This document shows, piece by piece, positions 43,008-52,404 of a stretch of DNA of 53,444 nucleotides (position 1 is its first letter; the number at the start of each line of letters is the position of its first letter). Both the position numbers and the translations under genes were made by a program. The notes below the pieces were generated by a model, which was not told the DNA's origin, made no database searches, and saw nothing but the letters and a program-made list of their open reading frames with translations. Source of the DNA: a virus (lineage: Duplodnaviria; Caudoviricetes); IMG/VR virus record IMGVR_UViG_3300007609_000025, positions 1-53,444 of that record; one strand, written 5' to 3'.

Positions 43008-45481
43008 CAGATATTAATCCTGCTACTTATGTAGATTTAAGTTTTGGACAAGACAAGGCTTACTCAAAAAACTTAACTAAGTTAAATACAGAAGTTCTAT
43101 TTACTCATGTAGGCTTAGCAGAAGGGCCTGTATACAGAATTAACCCTAATGGTCCTCAAGATATAAGAGTAGAAAACAAGTTTATAGACGATTTAATAAA
43201 TGAGTTTGATGAGCCTGATCCTTATGTATTTCAATACGTAAGCTCAACTGGCTCAGTTGAACAGCCTGTACTACAACCTTTTGGGTCTGAAGTAATTAAC
43301 AGCGTACGGTTTTCCTCTCCCACAGTATTAAAATCAGGACAAACAGGCGGCGTAGAGACAGGAGTTCCTCAAGCTAACTTACAGTTTTTTCCTACTTCTG
43401 CTGAAATAAATGATACTTTTATTGATACTATAGTAGTAAAATTCTCTGTGGACGAACTATATAGAGAAGTTACTGAGAACTCAAACTCCCAAGATTATCA
43501 AGAACAAAGACTTGATATACGTATATTAGTACATCCTTTCTCAGAAACATCAAACATAGATAATTATGTTGCTGCTGTACAAAAGTCTTTTAGCGCTGTA
43601 ATAACTTTTCCTACTATCTTAGATATACCAATAACTATACCTAAAACTAACTTAAGTACTAATGGTTATAGATTAAGTGTTCTAAAAGCGTCTGATGACT
43701 CTTCAGACTCTAGCATATCTTCAGAAGTCTCTTTATTAGGTTTTGATGAGATAGCGCATGACAGTTTTTCTTACCCTAAAACAGCTACTATAGGCTATGC
43801 TTTAAAGGCTACTAATTTTAGAAATCAGATACCTGACTTTACCTCTATGGTAAAAGGCAGTATCGTAAAAGTACCTTCTAATTTAGATCAGCCTATATTA
43901 GATAATGGAGAGGTAGATTGGAGAGAGTTAGAGGTTAGCTCTCCTAGTGTTACAGGTTACAAACTACAATCAGATCCAGATACGGTACTATACGAAGATA
44001 ATCCTGTCATATTCAAAGGTATTTGGGACGGCTCTTTTAAGCTAGACTGGACTCAAGATGCAGTATGGCAAATATACGACCTACTAACAGACAAATTAGG
44101 TATTAGTGAGTCTGAAATTAATAAATTTAACTTTTACTCAGTATCACAGCTTACTCATGGGGTAGACCCTAATACCGGTAAATTTTTTGGAGTACCCGCG
44201 TATGCTGATGGGACATTCAGACATAAGCCTAGAGGCCAGTTTACTAGTATTCTTGAGAATCAGGTAGGGGAGTCATCTAGTACTCAAATAAATGAAAGAA
44301 GATTTATATCAGATATATACATATCTAACCAAATAGATGTATTTGAACTTATAAGCAAGCTTGCTTCCTCTATTAGATGCGTATTAAGTATTTCAGGTAA
44401 TAAAATAGAGCTTATACCTGACGCACCAGGAGCAATCCCAGAACAAATGTTTAACGACGCAGATACCACTAGCGTATCTTTTAGTGGTATTAGACGGGAT
44501 GAAAGAGTGACTGCTGTTGAAGTGGTCTTTACTAATGGGGCTAAGAATTTTAGTAGAGATGTAGTTAGAATAGAGAACCCTGACGCAGTAAATGTTCAAG
44601 ATAGAATTATTACTATAGAACTGCTAAATTGTTCAAGAAGAAGTCAAGCAGCTAGATTTGCTCAATATATTTTAGCCTCTAATAGGTATATAAAAAGAAA
44701 AGTTAGCTTTAGTACTGCTACAGGTTGTGAACATTTATACCCAGGATCTATAATATCTTTAGCTACCCAAACTGCTACAAATATACTAGGTTATAACGGT
44801 ATTGTGCAGGAAGATAGTAATAATTCTAACACAAGGATCAAGCTTCAACACATAGCATTTCCTAGACTGTCTAATAATGTTTTTAACTCTAATACTGCTC
44901 CTTTAGTTTTAAGACACTTTAGTAACCGTAGCTCAAAATCAGAACTATATTTATTAAGTAACACATCCTATACTCTTGCTGCAACAGGCAATACATATAA
45001 CTCTATTGATAATTTTGATTATGTAGAGGTCCAGCCTATTGCTAAATGGAATTATGATATAAAAGAGTTTGAAAACTTTAGCACATTTGACCCTATTAGC
45101 ATTCCTGAATCTAAAGATTTATGGGCTTTAGGAGAAATTACCCCCTCAGACTACTATACCTCAGATGCTGGTAAGTTATATAGAGTAGATAGTATTAACT
45201 TGAGAGAAGAAGGCACCACTGAGCTTACTGCTAGCGAGTACATAAGTAATGTGTATATAGACAGTGAAACTTTAATAAACTATGATCCTCTAGCTATAAG
45301 AACTATAAGTAACCCCTTTGCTACCCCTCCTCCCCCTTTAGTAGGACTATCTACTCAATTCGTAACTACTTCTGGAGGTAATGTAATACCCAACCTTTAC
45401 GTAAATATAACTGGTTCTACAGGCCTTTATTCTACTCAAGTTGCCTTTGTACCTTTAACCAGTTTTGTACCCTTGCTTTAG
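43004..45481 (+). CDS. Tail tip hub protein (gpJ N-terminal part-like)
   Basis: GLAEGPV, YPKTA, WDGSFK..WTQDAVW..YDLLT, ERRF, CSRRSQAARFAQY, YRV.SI...ELTASEY. Confidence 0.8.
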   Translation: MTDINPATYVDLSFGQDKAYSKNLTKLNTEVLFTHVGLAEGPVYRINPNGPQDIRVENKFIDDLINEFDEPDPYVFQYVSSTGSVEQPVLQPFGSEVINSVRFSSPTVLKSGQTGGVETGVPQANLQFFPTSAEINDTFIDTIVVKFSVDELYREVTENSNSQDYQEQRLDIRILVHPFSETSNIDNYVAAVQKSFSAVITFPTILDIPITIPKTNLSTNGYRLSVLKASDDSSDSSISSEVSLLGFDEIAHDSFSYPKTATIGYALKATNFRNQIPDFTSMVKGSIVKVPSNLDQPILDNGEVDWRELEVSSPSVTGYKLQSDPDTVLYEDNPVIFKGIWDGSFKLDWTQDAVWQIYDLLTDKLGISESEINKFNFYSVSQLTHGVDPNTGKFFGVPAYADGTFRHKPRGQFTSILENQVGESSSTQINERRFISDIYISNQIDVFELISKLASSIRCVLSISGNKIELIPDAPGAIPEQMFNDADTTSVSFSGIRRDERVTAVEVVFTNGAKNFSRDVVRIENPDAVNVQDRIITIELLNCSRRSQAARFAQYILASNRYIKRKVSFSTATGCEHLYPGSIISLATQTATNILGYNGIVQEDSNNSNTRIKLQHIAFPRLSNNVFNSNTAPLVLRHFSNRSSKSELYLLSNTSYTLAATGNTYNSIDNFDYVEVQPIAKWNYDIKEFENFSTFDPISIPESKDLWALGEITPSDYYTSDAGKLYRVDSINLREEGTTELTASEYISNVYIDSETLINYDPLAIRTISNPFATPPPPLVGLSTQFVTTSGGNVIPNLYVNITGSTGLYSTQVAFVPLTSFVPLL

Positions 45482-45495
45482 GAGCATAGAAACTA

Positions 45496-48400
45496 TTGGC
45501 CAATAAAACATTTAACATAGCTAACACAGCTCCTTTTATAAATGAGCAGAGTATAGCTCTACTAGGAAAAAACGGTTTTGTAAGCACTTTAGGAATTATA
45601 AAGCCTTTAGTGACTAACTACTCTGTATCAAATAGTAATCTAGTATTAACAGTGAGTAATCTTCATTTAATGGACGATGATAACTTTAACTGCCATATAC
45701 TAGAAGCTAGACAGAATAGTGAGTTTATATCAACTACAAACTACGTGCCAGATAACTTAGTTAATTTTACTATAAATATAAAAAGCTCTAGTAGTACTTC
45801 AGGAGCTGCCGAAGGTCTAGTAGGGCATGAAAGTACCTTATCCCAGGCTACTGCAAATATAACATCTTTCGATATATCTGCTAATACAATTAGTATAGAT
45901 TTCGGAACAACTGAGGCGGCTACTACTGTAGAATCTTTATTACTGCCTCAACCTTTTTATATAAATTTATATCAGTTAATAGACAAGAGATTTTCTTCTA
46001 GTAATACCTTTTATCTATCAGGAGGTCTTAGGGTAGTAAATAATACTCATAATGTAGTAGGGCAGACCGGTACCGCGACTTTACCTATAAATACTACAGT
46101 ACCTAATAAAGGTTTAATTGACGTTTACATAAATGGGTCTACTAATAAAGAAAATTTAGACAGCTTTAACTATACTCCTGGTAGTAACTTTATTGAGCTG
46201 CCTTTAGCTTCTACGTATAGACAGGTTAGGACTCGTATTAGAGACTACACTGTGCCTGTGATAGAGCCTCAAGATAATATTTTTATACATGATAATCAGC
46301 AATCAGTATCTGTTAATAGTGTTAGTTATATAGCAGGTACTACAAACTACAATCAGGATTTGTACACCTCTGACTTTTTTAAAATTGAGCTTTCAGACAA
46401 CTTAGCCTCTAATGTTAGTGCTAGCTCTATAACTAATGTAACCCCCGATTTAATTGCTGATATAGCTGGTACAAATACAGAGGCTAGTACTTTAACTGTA
46501 ACCTATGATGATGTTGTGTACCCGTATACTTACAGTATGAACTCTGAGTTTGTATATAACATGATACCTCTTAGTTATTCAGCTTTTAAAGATGTAACAT
46601 TAGATGATGGTATATTTAGAGTACCTTCTGCAGAAGAAGGCACATACATATTTAAAGTTGTGGCTTTAAATGAGCTTAATAGAGCCAGTCCTCCTGTAAC
46701 TTCCTCTGTTACTTTTGATGCGCTTCCTTTAGGCCAAGTAGATAATGCATCTTTAGAAGAGGTACTTTTTAAAGACAGAACTAAGGGTATTATGTCCAGA
46801 GTGTTAGGTAGCTTTGATCATATACTTAACAGGAACGTAACAGACTATGAAATTTCTTATAAAATAAATCAAATATCAGGCAGTGAACCTCATCCTAGTG
46901 GCCTGGTTAACTATAACTCTTTTAAAGTAGACGCTTCAGGAGTAGATGATAATAATAAAATAAACTTTGTTATAAACAATCTTGATTTAGGTAACTTTGG
47001 TAATACCTACGAGTTAGAAGCTAAAATAGTTCCCTTAAATGGCATATCTAAAGGTGTAGAGAATATTCAAACTATACTACTACAAGGTAAAGCTGAAAAC
47101 CCCCAAGGAGTACGGAACTTTGAAGTGTACCAAAGTGACTCTTCAGTAGTATTTGAGATTGAATATCCTATAGATGATCAAAATAACTTAAGTGAATTAG
47201 ATATACTACATACAGAAATTAGAGTAAAAGCTCCTCTAGACTCTATTAACACTAATGAACAGAGACTAGCAGCATTTAATAATAGTGATATACTATTACT
47301 AATACCTCACCCTCTTACTAGGGCAGAAATATCGATAGATAGAGTAGGGGCAGGTAATTTTACATTTACAACGCGTACTGTAGATACTAGTGGTAATAAA
47401 TCAACTGAAGTTGCCGCAAGAAATACTAATATACAACTATCTTCTACTGTGGAGCCCATAGCTGCTTGGAGCGAGTCAGATCCTTCTTCTAATGTGATAG
47501 AAAACATACTTAATGCTAACTATACTGAAAATAATTTTGTATCCGTAACTTCCTCAGATAATGGAGGATTTGTGTATGATATTGACCCTATAACTAGTGC
47601 TATACTAGGTAACAATGTACCTTCTACTCTAGCAGAAGACGCAAATGCTTCCGCTTCAGGGTTTACTTGGGACCCTGACTCAGAGTTAGGCACAAATGAT
47701 ACTGACTTAATTATAACTAATAGTTCAGCTACTTATATAAGTCCAGTAAGAGATTTAGGTGAAGTGGTTCGTGGATCCTTAGTAATATCATCAATAGTAT
47801 CTAGTGCTCTTAGCCGTAACTTTTTACAAGTATCTGATAGTCTTATAACTGGGGTGGCCGAGGATAGTGGCCCTAACTCAAATGTGCTATACGATGCTGA
47901 TTTTGAGATAGGTAATATAGTAGGATTTAATAATACTGACTTTTCTTTCTCTTTCAGTAATACTAGAGGAACTATTACAGCAACTTCTCCAGATACTAAA
48001 ATATATGCTATATACAACCCAGGACAAGAAGTTATTGGAGAAGTAGACCCTGAAGATGATACTTCCAACGCATTTACTTATGCATTAGTAGCAGGGGCTA
48101 TAAATGCTCATGCTATAGAACTTTCTAATATTTTTTATTCTAATGGCAACCCTGTACCAAATGGAAATACTAGTTCAAGCTCTATATTATCTAATCTAAC
48201 TCAAAGTGGAAGTACTTATAAACTAGTAGATCTATACCAATTTACCGATACTTTTGGAGATAGCACTTTTGCTCCTCAACTTGATGTATCTAAAAATGTT
48301 TTTGTTAGGTTTTCTAGCGCTAATGTATTTGAGACTGCTAACAGTGGATCTTCAAAGCCTCATGGTAATGTAAATCCTGACTTATTCGATTCTACTGACT

Positions 48401-48789
48401 TAGAAGGTAACTGGACTAAGCAGTATAATGGTCTGCGTAACTTCAGATATTTTCAAGTTAAACTAGATATTGATATACCTGAGTATGGAGAAACAGCAAA
48501 TACATATCTAGATAACTATTCCTATGAAGTGGTAGCCCCTAGAAAGAACTTCACTACTACAGCAACAACTACAGGCACTATTAATGGTAATATAATAATT
48601 GACTATAGTAGCGCTGAGTTTTATAAAACTCCTGCAGTATTCTGTCAGGTTTTGAGCATAGGATCTTATTCTGCTCAACCTATAAATTTGACAAATAAAT
48701 CAGTAACTGTTAATATATATGATAGCCAAAATGGTAACTTAATAACTGACCCAGGTATTGAAGTACTAGTATCTGCTATAGGAGCATAG
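45496..48789 (+). CDS. Central tail fibre/tip protein with FnIII-like domains
   Basis: GTYIFKVVALNELNRASP, FTTRTVDTSGNKS, FRYFQVKL, FYKTPAV; TTG start after AGGAG. Confidence 0.65.
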   Translation: MANKTFNIANTAPFINEQSIALLGKNGFVSTLGIIKPLVTNYSVSNSNLVLTVSNLHLMDDDNFNCHILEARQNSEFISTTNYVPDNLVNFTINIKSSSSTSGAAEGLVGHESTLSQATANITSFDISANTISIDFGTTEAATTVESLLLPQPFYINLYQLIDKRFSSSNTFYLSGGLRVVNNTHNVVGQTGTATLPINTTVPNKGLIDVYINGSTNKENLDSFNYTPGSNFIELPLASTYRQVRTRIRDYTVPVIEPQDNIFIHDNQQSVSVNSVSYIAGTTNYNQDLYTSDFFKIELSDNLASNVSASSITNVTPDLIADIAGTNTEASTLTVTYDDVVYPYTYSMNSEFVYNMIPLSYSAFKDVTLDDGIFRVPSAEEGTYIFKVVALNELNRASPPVTSSVTFDALPLGQVDNASLEEVLFKDRTKGIMSRVLGSFDHILNRNVTDYEISYKINQISGSEPHPSGLVNYNSFKVDASGVDDNNKINFVINNLDLGNFGNTYELEAKIVPLNGISKGVENIQTILLQGKAENPQGVRNFEVYQSDSSVVFEIEYPIDDQNNLSELDILHTEIRVKAPLDSINTNEQRLAAFNNSDILLLIPHPLTRAEISIDRVGAGNFTFTTRTVDTSGNKSTEVAARNTNIQLSSTVEPIAAWSESDPSSNVIENILNANYTENNFVSVTSSDNGGFVYDIDPITSAILGNNVPSTLAEDANASASGFTWDPDSELGTNDTDLIITNSSATYISPVRDLGEVVRGSLVISSIVSSALSRNFLQVSDSLITGVAEDSGPNSNVLYDADFEIGNIVGFNNTDFSFSFSNTRGTITATSPDTKIYAIYNPGQEVIGEVDPEDDTSNAFTYALVAGAINAHAIELSNIFYSNGNPVPNGNTSSSSILSNLTQSGSTYKLVDLYQFTDTFGDSTFAPQLDVSKNVFVRFSSANVFETANSGSSKPHGNVNPDLFDSTDLEGNWTKQYNGLRNFRYFQVKLDIDIPEYGETANTYLDNYSYEVVAPRKNFTTTATTTGTINGNIIIDYSSAEFYKTPAVFCQVLSIGSYSAQPINLTNKSVTVNIYDSQNGNLITDPGIEVLVSAIGA

Positions 48790-48790
48790 A

Positions 48791-49414
48791 ATGTCATTAT
48801 CAACTTCAAACACTTTTCACACTGCTGCAACTACAGACTCTATATCCGCAGCTAGAGGATATTGGAATAGCTCATTCAAAGCTTTACTGCAGAATTTTGC
48901 CAGTGCAAACACTACTCCAGGCATACCTAATATAAACTACGAAGGAAGTGAAATAACTCCTCCTCAAGGTATGTTACACTATAATAGTACTACAGGGGCT
49001 GTATACCTAAATACTAATAAGTACGGGGCTGGCCCTTATGGTAGTTTTAGGAGGCTAGGATTAGGTACGAGAGCTTACTCAAACTTATCTGCTGCATCTT
49101 CTGATTCAGGATCTTTAGACCCTGGAGAGCTTATAGTTGTTATAAATGATACTGGGGGATCTCCTGCTAATAACAGAGTATACTTAGTGTCTGATAGCAA
49201 TAAGACCTTAGTTGATGTATCTAGACAAGCCGATAGATCTATATCTAACGTGTCTATAAAAGCAGAATCAATAACAGGTTTTGAAATAGCTACAGGAACT
49301 ATAAATAACACTCATATAGCTGATGGAACAGTTATAGCAGCTGATGTAGAGGATAATTCTATAACAGATGAAAAATTAAACTCAACACTAGTTTTACTAG
49401 GGATGGTGTTATAA
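48791..49414 (+). CDS. Virion structural protein (fibre adaptor-like)
   Basis: LLQNFAS...P...GMLHYNS; C-terminal 10-aa repeats (SITGFEIATG, TINNTHIADG, SITDEKL). Confidence 0.55.
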   Translation: MSLSTSNTFHTAATTDSISAARGYWNSSFKALLQNFASANTTPGIPNINYEGSEITPPQGMLHYNSTTGAVYLNTNKYGAGPYGSFRRLGLGTRAYSNLSAASSDSGSLDPGELIVVINDTGGSPANNRVYLVSDSNKTLVDVSRQADRSISNVSIKAESITGFEIATGTINNTHIADGTVIAADVEDNSITDEKLNSTLVLLGMVL

Positions 49415-49767
49415 TGATAAGTAAAGTTTTATTTGGAATTTCTTTGGCAGCATCTATAGCTTCACTATTTTTATTTATTTCAAACATGCGTCTACAAGAG
49501 AACTTAGCGGAAGTTAATGCGGCTTATTCCGCTCAAAAAACGACCCTTTCTGATATAAAATCTAAAATTTCAAAATCAATAGAAGAAAATTCTGAATTAC
49601 AATTTAGGTTACAAGACGCTCAAACAGAAATAAGCGAGCTACGAAATGTTTTAGTAAATCATAATCTTACCAAGCTTGCTAAAGAAAAACCAGGACTTAT
49701 AGAAACGAGAATTAATAATGCTACTAAAAAGCTTTTTAATGATATCGAGCGTATTACTGCTGAGTAG
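49414..49767 (+). CDS. Inner membrane spanin (Rz-like)
   Basis: N-terminal TM helix plus coiled coil; overlaps the lipoprotein gene. Confidence 0.65.
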   Translation: MISKVLFGISLAASIASLFLFISNMRLQENLAEVNAAYSAQKTTLSDIKSKISKSIEENSELQFRLQDAQTEISELRNVLVNHNLTKLAKEKPGLIETRINNATKKLFNDIERITAE

Positions 49768-50065
49768 TTGCTCTGAAGAGGTAGTATATACGCCAGAAGA
49801 ATCTTCACCAGTAATACTACAGGGCAAACCTTTACCTGTCACTACTTACGAGGTACAATTTAGAGTAGTTACACAAGATAACTTAGACGATTTTCTAGAA
49901 GAAATAACTAATTTAGAAGGAGATTTAGTGTTTATAGCCCTATCTGTTGAAGATTATGAACGACTATCTCTTAATACTCAAGACTTAGTAAGATACGTAA
50001 AACAGCAAAAAGAAATAATAGTATACTACGAAAGAATACTAACTGATGACGACTCTGTACTGTAA
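49718..50065 (+). CDS. Outer membrane spanin (Rz1-like lipoprotein)
   Basis: Signal peptide with lipobox LLLSSC, then a Pro-containing linker and a helix. Confidence 0.65.
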   Translation: MLLKSFLMISSVLLLSSCSEEVVYTPEESSPVILQGKPLPVTTYEVQFRVVTQDNLDDFLEEITNLEGDLVFIALSVEDYERLSLNTQDLVRYVKQQKEIIVYYERILTDDDSVL

Positions 50066-50654
50066 CGGAATGTATAGAAGCGGCTCAACTTTTACCTTTA
50101 ATCTTTGTAACCGTCTTCATAAAGAGTATAAAGACCAAGTACCTAAGCCTCATAAAATACATGAGAAATGGAGTGTGCGATCTAAACCAGATGACTTGCT
50201 TATATACTCATATAGAGACATTAGGGTGTCTGCTGCATCTCTGATGAGAAAAAAGAATTTAGATATAAACAGTTTTGCTCAATTTTATAAAGGCGGCCTG
50301 ATTAGTTGGTTAGAGATGCTAGTTGACTATGATAATGCCGTAAAAAATAGTCATAACAAAAAATTAATATTAAGGTATGAGCAAGATATAGTAACATTAA
50401 AAAATGCTATAACTAAAACGTCTAAGTTTTTTAATATAAATCTAAGTAATTCTAAGCTTAAAGACTTAGCTACAGTATTTAGTTTGCAAAATACAAAAAT
50501 TTTTGTAGACGCCCTAAACAAACACGACGTTCATACTCAGTACCATCCAAATCATATAAGCGTAGATAAGACTGATTACAGAGACTACTTTGATAGTTCT
50601 ATATATAGTAACAACGATAAAATAAAAGACTGGTTAGTTAAAAATAACTATTAA
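50046..50654 (+). CDS. Sulfotransferase-family protein
   Basis: 5'-PSB-like GMYRSGST, 3'-PB-like YRDIR..AAS, LRYE. Confidence 0.72.
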   Translation: MTTLYCNGMYRSGSTFTFNLCNRLHKEYKDQVPKPHKIHEKWSVRSKPDDLLIYSYRDIRVSAASLMRKKNLDINSFAQFYKGGLISWLEMLVDYDNAVKNSHNKKLILRYEQDIVTLKNAITKTSKFFNINLSNSKLKDLATVFSLQNTKIFVDALNKHDVHTQYHPNHISVDKTDYRDYFDSSIYSNNDKIKDWLVKNNY

Positions 50655-50672
50655 TGGGTCTAGGAGCATAAA

Positions 50673-50993
50673 ATGGGTAATGATCTACATGATTCAGAAA
50701 ATAACGTAAAAAAGATAAAACTAGATTTAGAGATAGATACCTCTGTAACTAATAAAGGTAAAAACCCTTATACTAATTTAATATATTTATCTGAGGTTAT
50801 AGATAGCTGGAGAATATGGCCTAGGCTATTTTTAACTGTATACGTAATATTACTTTATAGGGTCGTTGATTGGTTTATGAAGTTAGACGTTCCTACAATG
50901 GAGCAAAGTGGTTTAGTGTCAGTAGTAGTAGGGGCAGGTGCTGCGTGGTTTGGTTTATATATAGGCACTAACAAGAAGCAGAAAGACGACTAA
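50673..50993 (+). CDS. Two-TM membrane protein, holin-like
   Basis: DSWRIWPRLFLTVY...SGLVSVVVGAGAAWFGLY with a charged C-tail; near the spanins. Confidence 0.5.
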   Translation: MGNDLHDSENNVKKIKLDLEIDTSVTNKGKNPYTNLIYLSEVIDSWRIWPRLFLTVYVILLYRVVDWFMKLDVPTMEQSGLVSVVVGAGAAWFGLYIGTNKKQKDD

Positions 50994-51012
50994 AAATTAA
51001 AAAAAATAAATA

Positions 51013-51041
51013 TTGTCAATATAATCATTTTGACATATAAT
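51013..51041 (+). promoter_or_regulatory. Sigma70-type promoter
   Basis: TTGTCA-N17-TATAAT with an A-tract upstream. Confidence 0.7.
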
Positions 51042-51063
51042 AATAAAAAATGGAGAGTGAGCG

Positions 51064-51264
51064 ATGGCTAAAATCGACGCAAATAGAAATATTAAACCAT
51101 TACCTAATGAGTTTAGGAACGTAGATACATTATCTGACTTAGAAAGAGAGAAAGTTTATTTACATAAATCTAGTGCTGATAACCCAGAAATTAATATAAC
51201 TCAGGCACAAACTAGAGGCTCTGCTACAGGCATGGTACCAATTAGAAACAAAAATAATAGATAG
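51064..51264 (+). CDS. Small hypothetical protein
   Basis: GGAGAG RBS, downstream of the promoter. Confidence 0.65.
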   Translation: MAKIDANRNIKPLPNEFRNVDTLSDLEREKVYLHKSSADNPEINITQAQTRGSATGMVPIRNKNNR

Positions 51265-51275
51265 GAGATTATAAT

Positions 51276-51575
51276 ATGAGACGAGAAGTTCGTGGCAAAA
51301 CAACAGACTTAATGTCTAGCGTAAGAGGTGATGATAATAACTTTATTGAGTCCCCAGACGGAAGACCTACAGGCAGACGCAATGTAATGAAGTCCCCTGT
51401 AGATGGAGACGGGGGCACTCCTGCAATGCGCGGAGTACGAACCGGGCCCGTAAATGCAGATAAATCAAAAGTTGGTGGGAACTCTATTGAGAACCATGTA
51501 TCAGCTAAGCCGTTAAAAGGCGGAAGCGCATCTAGGACTCTTAAACCAGGGCATTCGACTAATAAGTTTAAATAA
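51276..51575 (+). CDS. Small basic, Gly-rich, probably disordered protein
   Basis: AGGAG RBS; ends at the terminator. Confidence 0.65.
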   Translation: MRREVRGKTTDLMSSVRGDDNNFIESPDGRPTGRRNVMKSPVDGDGGTPAMRGVRTGPVNADKSKVGGNSIENHVSAKPLKGGSASRTLKPGHSTNKFK

Positions 51576-51580
51576 AATAA

Positions 51581-51609
51581 AAAATGGCGGGAAAATATCC
51601 CGCCATTTT
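51581..51609. terminator. Bidirectional intrinsic terminator between convergent blocks
   Basis: AAAATGGCGGGA-AAATA-TCCCGCCATTTT. Confidence 0.9.
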
Positions 51610-51610
51610 C

Positions 51611-51970
51611 TTAACTAATAGCCTGCCGCATGGTAGAGAAGAAATTTCTTTTATAGTAATTTTCTAGCTCTCCTAGACTACCAAATAATTTACCATTCTG
51701 AAAAATACAAGGAGAAAAGTTTCTGCCTTTATTTATCGCTTCTTGAGCAGTAAGTTCTGAATAAACAATAAATTGAACATTATCTTCTTTATGCTCTTTA
51801 AAAATACTAGCTACTTTGGGAGTATAGGTGCAGTCGGGCACATGGTATACTATCCAGGTACTAGTTTTAACATTATCTTTAAGCCAGTACTCTTTAGTAA
51901 CTGGCTTTTGTTCTTTAATCACCGTATTTTTTACGGTTGATGTATTAGTTTTTACGTTTGCTTGTTTCAT
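51611..51970 (-). CDS. Glutaredoxin-like protein, atypical active site
   Basis: IVYHVPDCTYT...SPCIFQNGKLFGS..EL matches the Grx layout. Confidence 0.55.
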   Translation of the reverse strand: MKQANVKTNTSTVKNTVIKEQKPVTKEYWLKDNVKTSTWIVYHVPDCTYTPKVASIFKEHKEDNVQFIVYSELTAQEAINKGRNFSPCIFQNGKLFGSLGELENYYKRNFFSTMRQAIS

Positions 51971-52014
51971 TTTTTATCTTTCTTTTAGCTGTATAAGTTA
52001 GTATTTGCTACTTA

Positions 52015-52365
52015 TTATACATGCTCTCCGTTTGCCGCACGACCATTATATTTAAAATTTGTTTTAGTTAAAGCTTGAGGGCTTGTATTTGCAGTACGAA
52101 ATGTGATAGCAGTAATTGTAATACCGCTAATAAAAAGAATATGGGCTACAACACTTATACCAAAAGCAAAAATGCTACCTAAAATTGCAGCAAAAAGTCC
52201 GCTCCAAATAAAAGCAAGAACTTGAAACATCATATGTGCGGTAATTGGGTCTAGATTTCTAAGGGGCGAGCTTTGAATTGTCATAACGCTATCGTAAGCA
52301 TTTTTTGGAATAGCAACTATAGTTTTAATAGTTGTCGCCCAACCAGGAGTTGTAGAGTAAATCAT
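52015..52365 (-). CDS. Hypothetical membrane protein
   Basis: Two hydrophobic helices after SPLRNLDP; AAGGA RBS. Confidence 0.65.
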   Translation of the reverse strand: MIYSTTPGWATTIKTIVAIPKNAYDSVMTIQSSPLRNLDPITAHMMFQVLAFIWSGLFAAILGSIFAFGISVVAHILFISGITITAITFRTANTSPQALTKTNFKYNGRAANGEHV

Positions 52366-52404
52366 ACTTTAGTCCTTTTTTACTATATATTGATTTATTT
52401 GTGA

